64,000 nucleotides of DNA, taken from positions 23,640 through 87,639 of the forward strand of contig CADBYS010000005.1 of assembly GCA_902798965.1 (NCBI GenBank), in the 5' to 3' direction. A program made the position numbers and the translations under genes. Positions 14,336-23,724 of this stretch are shown one piece after another. The first letter of the stretch is position 1. Each line of letters starts with the position of its first letter. The notes beneath the pieces were generated by a model. That model searched no databases and was not told where the DNA came from. It saw only the letters and a list, made by a program, of their open reading frames with translations. This stretch comes from an uncultured Bacteroidales bacterium. GTDB taxonomy: Bacteria > Bacteroidota > Bacteroidia > Bacteroidales > Paludibacteraceae.

Positions 14336-16312
14336 CTACTTCATTTCGGAGCCGAGGAGGTTGTACTCGGTGCCGTTGCGGAGGATAAGAACCTGACCGT
14401 TGCGGATGAACTTAACGGCTTGAGTGTCAACATTGACGTTATCAACAGCACTCACTTTTTTCCAGAAGTAAACGTTAGCAACGGCAAACGCGTTACCTTC
14501 GAAGCTTGCACCTTCCGGAGTCTGATAGTTCTCCAATACGAAGCACTTCAAGTTAGTGAAGTCGTATCCACCAGCCCAATCAGCCACAGCGATGTCGAAG
14601 CTGTTCCAACCCTCAGAAAGGTCAAGAACCTGACCGTCCTTGTAATTGCCACCGGCAACAGCCTCAGCGGTGAACTTAATCTTGGCAGCAGCGGGAGCCC
14701 ACATGTCAACGTGAATATTCTCATAAGCGCTGAAGTCGTGAGGATCATCGGTATGAGCGGGATCTATGATGCACTCCCAGGACATACTTTTCCATGCAGC
14801 AATAATCGTTCCGTCAATATCGAGAATGTCATAAGCACCAGCCCATCCGGAGATACCGAAGTTAGCATTGTTGGTCGCATAGTGGTTGCAATAGATTGCC
14901 ATCACGTCAGCCTCAGGCTGAGTCGGAGCAGCGGGAGCGGTTTCCGGAGCGGTAGGCAGAGGGGTTTCATCCTCAAGAACGAATGCATAACGCGAAGCAG
15001 CCATGACGCGGCAGTTGCTGGTCTCCTTAGCGATGGGGAAGACATACAATCTCTCCGAAGATGCAGAAACGATGTAGAGGTTATCTGCTGCATCGAAAGC
15101 TACACCATCAATATTAGTTCCTAACTGCGGAGTCTCGCAAAGTTTGGAAAGAGTAGGAATACCAGCTTCATCGTACACAACAGATAATACAATAACCCGT
15201 TTACCTGAACCGATAGCCAACATGCTACCATCAATACTTACAGCCATTGCGCCACGTTGTGTAGTGCTACTCTCAGACAAAAGGTTCATATCAGGAGTAA
15301 TGTTATAATCCAGTTTTCCTTTTTTTGTCCAGTGAGCAGCAGCTGTGTAATCATCAAACTGGCCACGATATTGTACAACCCAGAAACCATTACGCTTATC
15401 TGAACGAATGGTAATGTGGCTATTGGCAAGTCCATTCTCCATCGTCTCATATGACTTCAGAGCCGAATCAACCGGAATCGTTGACAAATCATATGAATTA
15501 AACGAACCTGTACCAACACCTACGCCCTCAAGGGTATACAGTTTGCCGTCCTTAGCCTCAATGGCATCAACGGCTTCATTTGCAGCAAGAACCTGAACGA
15601 AACGATTCTGCGGATTAGCGGGATCCATTCTATATACACCCTTTGTGCTATCGTCAAGCGAGCAAACATATACGTATCCACTCTCATCAATTGCCAAGCG
15701 GCGGAAAGCTACTGTAGATGTTGAGTCACCACCGATACCTCCATCATAGCCAATAAGCGCTTCTTGCTGCCCATTGACAAAATTCATCTGTGTGTCATAG
15801 ATATAAATACCGCGTGTTTGGTTTGCTGTAGTTTCCGAACCTGCATCATTGTCAGCGTTACCTATCGTAGCTTCACTTACATAAACTCGTCCGAAATACT
15901 CACTCTCGAAACTATTGTCAACCAAGACGTCACGAGGCATATAATACTTATAGCGGACATCAGAACTGGTAGTAAGGTCCGCAAATGTGGTAGCAGCACC
16001 GTAAGCGTGGATGCCCCAGGTGTACGTACCCGGTTCGAGGTCTTCCTCGGGGATAGTGATCGTAGTCTGGTGAGCACCTGCGGTGAGCAGCGATGCATCA
16101 TTAGGAGTAACAAGCGATACGAGGTCGCCTGCCTCATCAAAGAACTCAATCTCGATGCTGGTGGCAGCGGTGTTCAGAACGAACTCGATAGCCATAGTGC
16201 CATCATCGTTGAGTGTGGATTTCAATCCGGATGCCATGACGTTCACGCCATCCAGTGCCATAGCGCTCGATGCGATGAGCGCTGCAGCTACAAAAGCGAA
16301 AATCTTTTTCAT
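14336..16312 (-). CDS. Secreted 658-aa protein (protein D): Ig plus beta-propeller module, Pro-rich linker, CBM-like jelly-roll, conserved C-terminal tail
   Basis: Signal peptide MKKIFAFVAAALIASSAMALD. ESEYFGRVYVSEA and FDAADNLYIVSASSERLYVFPIAKE propeller motifs. ADVMAIYCNHYATN..IHVDMW..NVYFWK (CBM-like). Tail SAVDNVNVDTQAVKFIRNGQVLILRNGTEYNLLGSEMK-stop. Confidence 0.82.
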   Translation of the reverse strand: MKKIFAFVAAALIASSAMALDGVNVMASGLKSTLNDDGTMAIEFVLNTAATSIEIEFFDEAGDLVSLVTPNDASLLTAGAHQTTITIPEEDLEPGTYTWGIHAYGAATTFADLTTSSDVRYKYYMPRDVLVDNSFESEYFGRVYVSEATIGNADNDAGSETTANQTRGIYIYDTQMNFVNGQQEALIGYDGGIGGDSTSTVAFRRLAIDESGYVYVCSLDDSTKGVYRMDPANPQNRFVQVLAANEAVDAIEAKDGKLYTLEGVGVGTGSFNSYDLSTIPVDSALKSYETMENGLANSHITIRSDKRNGFWVVQYRGQFDDYTAAAHWTKKGKLDYNITPDMNLLSESSTTQRGAMAVSIDGSMLAIGSGKRVIVLSVVYDEAGIPTLSKLCETPQLGTNIDGVAFDAADNLYIVSASSERLYVFPIAKETSNCRVMAASRYAFVLEDETPLPTAPETAPAAPTQPEADVMAIYCNHYATNNANFGISGWAGAYDILDIDGTIIAAWKSMSWECIIDPAHTDDPHDFSAYENIHVDMWAPAAAKIKFTAEAVAGGNYKDGQVLDLSEGWNSFDIAVADWAGGYDFTNLKCFVLENYQTPEGASFEGNAFAVANVYFWKKVSAVDNVNVDTQAVKFIRNGQVLILRNGTEYNLLGSEMK

Positions 16313-16481
16313 GATTGTTAGTATTAGGGGTTAGTTTATTAGTCAAAAATTACCAAAAATTAATCCAAAATTACATTGGACTTATCAGGTCAACAATTAA
16401 AGACAATTAAAATCTATTACAAAGATCAATTATTTGTCAACAACTACCAACAACGCCCAACAACTCCAATGGATTTTCTTG

Positions 16482-16558
16482 TTTGAGTACGGAATCTTCG
16501 GAATCTACGGAAGGAAGTATCTATTATTTCCGATAGTTCCGTGAATTCCGTACTCAAA
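16482..16558. repeat. Long inverted repeat (14-bp perfect arms) between the lipoprotein gene and protein D
   Basis: tttgagtacggaat (16482-16495) is the exact reverse complement of attccgtactcaaa (16545-16558). The interior has further cggaa/ttccg pairing. Confidence 0.85.
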
Positions 16559-16595
16559 TAATTGCTCAATGGATTTTTTTGACAACTTCTGTGAT

Positions 16596-18389
16596 TTACT
16601 CAGCCTTGGGGACTTCGATGATGGCGAAGCCTACGTGCGGAGCGGCGCAGAAGATAACGAGTTTGTCGTCAACGATAGCGCAGTTGCACAAGCTGACACA
16701 AGCCGAGGAGATAGTCCCAGAGTCCATCATGTAGTTGTAGCACGGCTCGATAGGCGTGATGCCCTCTTGGGGCTCCTCCTCATCGTACTCGAAGTGCTCA
16801 GCGAGTTTCACGAGAGCAGCTACGAGGTCGTTGCCTTCGGAGATATCCCAAACGAGTACTCCTTCGGGTTTCCACCAGGCGAAGCGGCGTGCGTTCATCA
16901 TCATCAGATAACGCGAGCGGTTGAACTCAATAACGCGCGGGTCGCAAGCGTGAGCCGAGCTGAAGTTGCCGGGCGTGGTTACGAACTCTACTTCACGGAG
17001 CACATTTGCCTGACTGTCCATGAGCCACATGTAGGACTGATAGGACGAAGTGAAGACATATTGATCCGGGCCACAGGGGTTCATCATACCGTAGTAGTTC
17101 GAGATAGCGGGCAATGCCAACTCTGTGGGTTCGCTGAACTCGGTGAAGTTACGTACGGTGAAGCGGAAGAACTTGTTATCAGCCTCTTGCTTAAAGAAGA
17201 AAGCGTAACCGTTACCGCCCTCGTCGAGGGAGATAGAGATGTTATCACCAATACGCTGGTTGTAGCTATAACCATCGGGGAAGAGTTCGGGGTCGGGATT
17301 AGGCAGACCTGAGCCGTCCCAACTGAGCACAACCTCCGGCGCAGATGACGGAGTAGCGTAGTGATACACCTTGAGCGGCATATCTGCGCCACAAGCGGTA
17401 GCGAGGTTACACAGATAGATGTGACCTTGTGTCAATCGACCGGCACTGACCTCGTGGGTACCACCTTCTATACCGGTGATATCGAGGAGGATAGGATTGC
17501 CGGCGTTGTCAGCCAACAGGTCGCTAAGACGGAACAGCTTCGGAGCGGTGCGGTTAGCGAGCAGCACATATTCGCCGTCGAAGTCACCGCCACGGGTGAA
17601 CTCCTCGTCGAAGTCCACATAACGATGGTTGGTAATCAGCGAGAAGTCGTGAACTACAGCCTTGCTCCAGTCAGCACCCGGTGTGGGCGATGCGGCGAAG
17701 GTGATGTCGTACTCAGCAGTCAAGCCCATGAAGTCCATAACAAACTTACCCGGGTTGGATGCGGAGATAACACCCTCGGCAGCGGTGGTGAACTGATAGG
17801 TAGCACGTGCCGGCGAGAGCTGAACAGATACCACGGTAGCCGTAGCTGACTCAGGAATACCAAAGCAGAGTTTGCCATCGATGATGTTAGCCGGAGTAAG
17901 GGTGTACTCGGTGCCGGCTTCGTCCTTGATGACAATCTTCTCCATTACCGGAGCAGCTGCAGGGGCGTTGAGGTTGAGGGTAACGGCATAAACCTGCTCC
18001 ACTTTCTGCTCCTTGCCGCTCTTATCGGTTACGGAGTTGGTAACCTTCAGTTGGGCTGTGAGCTTGGTAGCGTTAGCCTCAGCGCCTTCGGCGAAGTTGA
18101 GGACATCTTTTTCGAGCTTAGCGCCGAGCGAGCACTTGGCATTGAACTTCACGGCTGCGATGTTCGTCTCAGCCGGAACACCGTCGAAGGTAACGGTGAA
18201 CGCGGTGTTGTCCACAACACCCTTGATGAGGTCACCGCCGGAAATACCGCCGTTGACGATCTCGATGGAGTTGATCTTGGCCTCCAAGCCACCGCCTTGC
18301 TGACCGGGATCAACAGGATCTTTACAACCCGTCATGAACAGCGAGGTGGCTGCCAAAAGAAGGGTTAAGAGTTTGAATGACTTTTTCAT
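16596..18389 (-). CDS. PUL-associated surface lipoprotein (597 aa), Ig-like N-terminal repeats plus beta-rich C-terminal domain
   Basis: Lipobox MKKSFKLLTLLLAATSLFMTGCKD. It follows SusD with no intervening promoter box, the position typical of surface glycan-binding proteins. No catalytic motif recognised. Confidence 0.75.
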   Translation of the reverse strand: MKKSFKLLTLLLAATSLFMTGCKDPVDPGQQGGGLEAKINSIEIVNGGISGGDLIKGVVDNTAFTVTFDGVPAETNIAAVKFNAKCSLGAKLEKDVLNFAEGAEANATKLTAQLKVTNSVTDKSGKEQKVEQVYAVTLNLNAPAAAPVMEKIVIKDEAGTEYTLTPANIIDGKLCFGIPESATATVVSVQLSPARATYQFTTAAEGVISASNPGKFVMDFMGLTAEYDITFAASPTPGADWSKAVVHDFSLITNHRYVDFDEEFTRGGDFDGEYVLLANRTAPKLFRLSDLLADNAGNPILLDITGIEGGTHEVSAGRLTQGHIYLCNLATACGADMPLKVYHYATPSSAPEVVLSWDGSGLPNPDPELFPDGYSYNQRIGDNISISLDEGGNGYAFFFKQEADNKFFRFTVRNFTEFSEPTELALPAISNYYGMMNPCGPDQYVFTSSYQSYMWLMDSQANVLREVEFVTTPGNFSSAHACDPRVIEFNRSRYLMMMNARRFAWWKPEGVLVWDISEGNDLVAALVKLAEHFEYDEEEPQEGITPIEPCYNYMMDSGTISSACVSLCNCAIVDDKLVIFCAAPHVGFAIIEVPKAE

Positions 18390-18420
18390 GTGATTCGTAT
18401 TTTGGTTAGTAATAGTTTCG

Positions 18421-18596
18421 TTTTTTTAGAAAATATACCTAAATAAACACTGCTGTTGTCTGTTGTCCGTTCCGGACTTGTGCCTCGGTCTGCTACGCCA
18501 TTCATTCAAGCGAACTTGATGCCTGCCGTATCAGTCCAAGCCACAACTCTTCGAGAAACAGACAACATCAGCCATAAACATAAATAAATTACAATG
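18421..18596 (-). repeat. About 175-nt structured intergenic element, copy b (between susD-like and lipoprotein genes)
   Basis: Partner of 14110-14283. Its closing stem pairs 15 of 16 positions. The inner hairpin here is CAAG-UUCG-CUUG (UUCG tetraloop), and the GUCCG-GAA-CGGAC hairpin is conserved. Confidence 0.75.
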
Positions 18597-18614
18597 AATC
18601 CATTACGTTTTAAA

Positions 18615-20363
18615 TTATTCCCATTCGGGGTTTTGGGTGAGGGTATAACCCTTGCTCTTGTAGAGGCTGATCTGACCTGAGGGGATAGGCGAGATGTAGT
18701 TACGCGGGATAGGACGATTGCGCGCACCCAGGGTGTTGCGCAAGATATATCCTTCGGTTGAGCCTTCCACCACTATCTCGTCGGCCTTGCTCGGATAGTT
18801 AGCCAGAACGATATATGCGCCGTAGCGTATATCGGGGTTGCAGCCGTTCCAGAGGTAATCGAGTTTGCGCCAGCGTTTGAGGTCGTTGAGGCGGAAGCCT
18901 TCGAGGCAAAGCTCGACACGACGCTCGCGGCGAATCTCCCAAAGCATCGATGAGGTGAGTCCTCCATCGGCATTCTGCTCGATCTGCAGACGCATTGGAT
19001 CGTCGAACGCTACTCCACCTACGGCAGGCGAACCACCCATATCTTGCAGCGGCGGGAGGTTGACATCGGCGCGTGCACGAATCAGGTTGATTGAGCGATC
19101 AAGGTCGGTTTGACCGAAGGTGTACTTGCCCAGCAAGGAGAGTTCGTAGGCAGCCTCAGCGTAGTTGAGCAGCACCTCGGCATAACGAAGGCAAGGTGCA
19201 TCGATCACATTCTTGTTGCTTGCCCAAGTGGGTTCAGGGTTCGTAGCACGGCTGTCGTCCATGAACTTGTTCCAGCTGTAGCCGGACAAGGCATATTGGA
19301 ACGGTGAGCAATCGGTACCCTTGATGTAATACTTGGGACGTATAACCTGCGTAAGACGCGGGTCGCGGTTGGTAAAGAACTCGGTATCGGTGCGTGGAGT
19401 CCAGTACTCGTCAGCCACATATACGGGCAGACCGTCGGCATTAACAAACGACTCAGCAAGCGACTTGCTCAAGCCGGCTTGCGTCTCGGTGAACGAGTAA
19501 GATAGCGTGGAGTGCGAGAGTACGCCATCGACATAATGGCGGTACATGAGCATCTCTTTGTTACCGGCGAGGTTGTCGGAAACGAAGAGCGCTTTGTAGG
19601 AAGGAGCTATCTCGTACCTGCCCGACTTCATGACCATATCTGCTGCGTCGTAGGCGAACTGCAAGCAGGTGGCAGCCATGTTCAGATCGATATTATGGTA
19701 CTTGAGGTAGGTACCCTCGCGCAACAGGAAACGCGAAGCCATGCCAGCTACGACGTACTTGTTGACTTGCAGTTGCCCGTCGTTCTCGCGGACATTATCC
19801 ATGGCGAACTTGAAATCCTCCATGATATGTTGGTCAACCTCGGTGCGCGGATCACGATCCTTGTACAGGTAATCCATATCCTCCTTCTTATTGCTGACCT
19901 TGGGCACCTTGTCGTACCAAGGCACATCGCCATACAAGAACACGAGGTTGCTGTAGTAACAAGCGCGGAAGAAGCGTGCTACGCCCTCCCAGTGAGCTAT
20001 ATCCTTGTCGCTGAGCGGCAGGCGGTGAACATTCTCGATCACATAATTTGCCTTGCGGACGTTACTGAACGACCAGCTACCATCGGAAACGGGCACTACT
20101 ACGGGCTGCAGGTCTTGCTGATCGACATCGGAAGCGAAGTCGTCGTTGAGGGTCTGCCCCATGAGGAACGGTCCGTGCGACCAACCCGAGCCATAGCCGG
20201 CAAAGACGGAAGTGTAGAATCCGTACATGTACGAACGGGCTTGAGCCTCAGACTTCCAGAACTCCTCGTCGGTAAAGTCGTCGTAGGGTTTTTGGTCGAG
20301 CAGTGAGCAGCTTGCTGCCAACAAAGGCAGAAGGGCAATCAATAAATATATTCTCTTTTTCAT
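18615..20363 (-). CDS. SusD/RagB-family nutrient-binding outer-membrane lipoprotein
   Basis: 582 aa with lipobox LLAASCSLLDQ. N-terminal FTDEEFWKSEAQARSYMYGFY and TPR-like helical body typical of SusD. It lies directly downstream of SusC. Confidence 0.93.
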   Translation of the reverse strand: MKKRIYLLIALLPLLAASCSLLDQKPYDDFTDEEFWKSEAQARSYMYGFYTSVFAGYGSGWSHGPFLMGQTLNDDFASDVDQQDLQPVVVPVSDGSWSFSNVRKANYVIENVHRLPLSDKDIAHWEGVARFFRACYYSNLVFLYGDVPWYDKVPKVSNKKEDMDYLYKDRDPRTEVDQHIMEDFKFAMDNVRENDGQLQVNKYVVAGMASRFLLREGTYLKYHNIDLNMAATCLQFAYDAADMVMKSGRYEIAPSYKALFVSDNLAGNKEMLMYRHYVDGVLSHSTLSYSFTETQAGLSKSLAESFVNADGLPVYVADEYWTPRTDTEFFTNRDPRLTQVIRPKYYIKGTDCSPFQYALSGYSWNKFMDDSRATNPEPTWASNKNVIDAPCLRYAEVLLNYAEAAYELSLLGKYTFGQTDLDRSINLIRARADVNLPPLQDMGGSPAVGGVAFDDPMRLQIEQNADGGLTSSMLWEIRRERRVELCLEGFRLNDLKRWRKLDYLWNGCNPDIRYGAYIVLANYPSKADEIVVEGSTEGYILRNTLGARNRPIPRNYISPIPSGQISLYKSKGYTLTQNPEWE

Positions 20364-20446
20364 AATGATCTATGTTTTTTCGATATATCGATATTTCGAT
20401 AAATCGATATTTCGAGTTTTCGAGATTGCGAGATATCGAAGTCACT

Positions 20447-23400
20447 TTATAAGGTTACTTGCAAGCCAAAACTGTACTGGCGTGTGTAGGGGTAGATACG
20501 TCCCCAACCCATTCCACCGCCTGAACCGGCAGCACTACCCGTTTCGGGGTCGATAGGCAGGTTGCCCAGGTGATCGAACTCACATACATTCTCCAAGCTG
20601 CAGTAGATACGTGCTTTCTGGAAATGTGCCTTTTGCAGAATGTTCTTAGGCAGCGAGTAACCGACGGTTATGTTCTTGAGTCGCAGGTACGACAAGTCGA
20701 GCAAATAACGCGTCTGGGTGAGGAAGTTGAACGATGCAGCGCTGTACTGACCGGGTTGGTTGAGCTCGGTGAGGCGCGGATACCAGGCGTTGGTGTTGGT
20801 AGGAGTCCAGTAGTCAGTCTGGTGGGCATAATACGTACCCTCCGAGAAGTTCCATCCGGGTATCATCATCGTACCGGTAGCCCAGTAGTCGCGTTTGCCT
20901 ACGCCCTGGAAGAAGATATTGAGATCCACACCGTACCAGTCGGCACCAATACGGAAGTTGTACTCGAATCGCGGTGTGGTGTTACCTATACGACGCCAGT
21001 CGCCCGGGTTGGCAGCAGTCTTGTCGCCCCAAGTGATCTGACCATCGCCGTCAAGATCCACGTACTTCACGTCGCCCGGGCCGTATTTGTACTTGTAGCC
21101 CTGGTTCTCGAAGTAGGCTTGCGAAGCGATACCATCTTTCATCGTGCCGTCGGCATTGAAGTCCGACTCCTGGAACAGGCGGTCGGTGGTGAAGCCCCAG
21201 ATCTCGCCTACGATCTTTCCCTCGTAGTTCGAGCCGTCGAGAACCGACAGTGTGGAGCGCGGGTGCTTGGTGATGATAGCCACAGCGTCGGACAAGCCGG
21301 CTGTGAGGTTAAGGCGCAGACCGTTGCTGAACTTATGGTGGTAATCGAGTTGGAGCTCGAAACCGTTGGTAGTCATCTGGGCTGCATTCTCGTAAGGAGC
21401 GGAAGCGCCGTAGGTGGAAGGAGTCTCGGCGCCGCCGGCGATCATTCCGTCGTTGATGCGGCGATACCAATCGAAGGTCAAGCCCAGATCGTCGTTAAAG
21501 AAGCGGAAATCGCAACCTACGTCGTAGGTCTTGATTGTTTCCCAAGTAAAGCCGTTGGCGAGGGCTGTAGGCAGCGAGAAGGTGATCTCGTCCACCTCGT
21601 TGACAATCCAGCCGGAGTTACCGGAGGACATTATGGCGCGGAACATGTTGGCACCTACGTCCTGGTTACCGATCGAACCGTAAGAAGCACGGAGCTTGGC
21701 AAACGACCACCAGGGTTTGAGCGCTTCCCAGAAGTTCTCTTCCGAAGCCACCCAACCTATTGAGCCGGAGGGGAAGAATCCCCAAAGCTTATCTGTCGGG
21801 AAACGGCTGGAGCCATCCACACGGCCGTTGAGCTCGATCAGGTAACGATCCTTGTACGAGTAGTTGGCGCGAGCAAAGAATCCCATCAGTGCCCAGCTGC
21901 TATGTGAACCATAGATGAACGTATCGCCGGTAGCGAGGCTGATCTCGGGTTTCGTCTGGTCGAGCAAGTCACGCTTCTCGGCATTGACGTACTTGTAGTC
22001 ATCATATTCGATGTTGTAACCGCCGAACACGCTGAACTTATGTGCATCGTTCCAGGTGTGCTGGTAACGGAGCACGGCGTTGCCGCTGTGGTGCTGGGTG
22101 CGGTAGTTATACGAGTCGATCTTGTTGCGCGAGGTGGCAGCCCAGTTGTCGGTAAGTGCCAATGTACCTGTCCAGAAGTCCCAGCCGCCAACCGTACCAC
22201 CGCGCTGCACGTAATCGCGCGAGGTGAGGTTGAACGCATAATCCACATCGAGGGTGAAGCCCGGGAGGAAAGTGACAGTAGCACCTATAGCGGCACGCGT
22301 ATAGTCGCGTTGGTCGGTATTCAGGTTTGCCGCTGCCGTTTCGGTGATGGAGTTATGGAAGGGCTTACCCTGGTACGTACCGTACGGCATAATTGCCGGC
22401 CAACGGTAGAGGTAGTACAGCGCGTCGTAGGAAGCCGAGTTGAAGTTGAAGGGCTCAGCCAGGTTCGTGCGGGTGTACATCATTTTGGCGCGTACCTTGA
22501 GCCAGTCGAAGACCTGGGTCTCGAGGTTGGTGTTAACAGAATAACGCTTGTAGCTGTCGCGGTTGACTTTTACCACGCCATTCTGATCGGCATAACCGAG
22601 GCCGATATAGTAGTTCGTCTTGCCGGCAGTGCCGCTGACGTTCAGGTTGTGCTGGTGGGAGAAGCTGTAGTCGTCGACGAACATCTTCGCAGCGTTCCAC
22701 GAGCGGTAGAAGTACGTATCGCCGGCAATGATATCGAAGTCACGGCCGAGCACCATCTCGTCGGAGAGTTCCATATTGCCGTAGGTCTGCTCCCACTGGC
22801 GCATCATATCGATGGCTGCTGCATCCCACACGAGTCCGCATCCTCCCTTGAACATTGTTGTTCCCGGTACACGGCGGTTACGTGCTTCGAGAGCCATCTC
22901 TGCACCGACGTACGACTTGGCTACCTGGGGCAGTACGGTAGGTGCAGCCCAGGAGAAGTTGTTGTTGTACGTAACGTTGAACTTGCCGCTCTCGCCGGCA
23001 CCGTTCTTCGTAGTGATGAGGATGACACCGAAGGCGGCACGTGTACCGTAGATAGAAGCCGAAGCGGCATCCTTGAGCACACTGATGGCGGATATATCCT
23101 CGGCGTTGATGGCAGAGATATCGCTCATCTCCACTCCATCGACCAGGATGAGAGGCACTGCATCGCCTGTCAGCGAACCCGAGAATCCACGGATATGGAA
23201 CTCAGGCGCTTCGCCCAGACGACCGCTGGTGTTCGTAATGGTCAGACCCGGCGTAGCACCTTGCAGACTGTTACCGACATTCGTTATAGGACGGCCATCG
23301 AGTTGATCCTCAACACTGACCGTACCTACGGCGCCTGTGAGGTTTGCCCTGCGCTGCGTGCCGTAGCCTACGACTACAACCTCTTCCAGTGCCTTGGTGT

Positions 23401-23683
23401 CCTCAACAAGTTGCACATTGACGGTTGAACGGTTCTCCACCTTCACCTTGTGGGTGCGGTAGCCGATATAGCTGAACACGAGCACGGCATTGCCGTCGGC
23501 GCTCAGGGTGTAGCGGCCTTCGAAGTCCGTGATGGTACCGGAGGTTGTGCCATCCACCATCACCGACACACCGATCATAGGTTCACCTTGTGCATCGGTG
23601 ACCAGACCGCTCACTTCCACTGCCCGGAGCGTAGCCGAACTCAGCAACGCTACTATGAGCAGGAACAGATAGGATTGTTTCAT
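20447..23683 (-). CDS. SusC/RagA-family TonB-dependent outer-membrane transporter
   Basis: 1078 aa: signal peptide, carboxypeptidase-regulatory-like domain (VSGLVTDAQGEPMIGVSVMVDGTTSGTITDFEGRYTL), plug (VVVVGYGTQRRANLTGAV) and a 22-strand barrel ending ..YSFGLQVTL. No N-terminal STN/anti-sigma signalling domain. Confidence 0.96.
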   Translation of the reverse strand: MKQSYLFLLIVALLSSATLRAVEVSGLVTDAQGEPMIGVSVMVDGTTSGTITDFEGRYTLSADGNAVLVFSYIGYRTHKVKVENRSTVNVQLVEDTKALEEVVVVGYGTQRRANLTGAVGTVSVEDQLDGRPITNVGNSLQGATPGLTITNTSGRLGEAPEFHIRGFSGSLTGDAVPLILVDGVEMSDISAINAEDISAISVLKDAASASIYGTRAAFGVILITTKNGAGESGKFNVTYNNNFSWAAPTVLPQVAKSYVGAEMALEARNRRVPGTTMFKGGCGLVWDAAAIDMMRQWEQTYGNMELSDEMVLGRDFDIIAGDTYFYRSWNAAKMFVDDYSFSHQHNLNVSGTAGKTNYYIGLGYADQNGVVKVNRDSYKRYSVNTNLETQVFDWLKVRAKMMYTRTNLAEPFNFNSASYDALYYLYRWPAIMPYGTYQGKPFHNSITETAAANLNTDQRDYTRAAIGATVTFLPGFTLDVDYAFNLTSRDYVQRGGTVGGWDFWTGTLALTDNWAATSRNKIDSYNYRTQHHSGNAVLRYQHTWNDAHKFSVFGGYNIEYDDYKYVNAEKRDLLDQTKPEISLATGDTFIYGSHSSWALMGFFARANYSYKDRYLIELNGRVDGSSRFPTDKLWGFFPSGSIGWVASEENFWEALKPWWSFAKLRASYGSIGNQDVGANMFRAIMSSGNSGWIVNEVDEITFSLPTALANGFTWETIKTYDVGCDFRFFNDDLGLTFDWYRRINDGMIAGGAETPSTYGASAPYENAAQMTTNGFELQLDYHHKFSNGLRLNLTAGLSDAVAIITKHPRSTLSVLDGSNYEGKIVGEIWGFTTDRLFQESDFNADGTMKDGIASQAYFENQGYKYKYGPGDVKYVDLDGDGQITWGDKTAANPGDWRRIGNTTPRFEYNFRIGADWYGVDLNIFFQGVGKRDYWATGTMMIPGWNFSEGTYYAHQTDYWTPTNTNAWYPRLTELNQPGQYSAASFNFLTQTRYLLDLSYLRLKNITVGYSLPKNILQKAHFQKARIYCSLENVCEFDHLGNLPIDPETGSAAGSGGGMGWGRIYPYTRQYSFGLQVTL

Positions 23684-23724
23684 GGTTTATGTTGATTTAG
23701 TATATCTTACTTCAGATTACAAGA

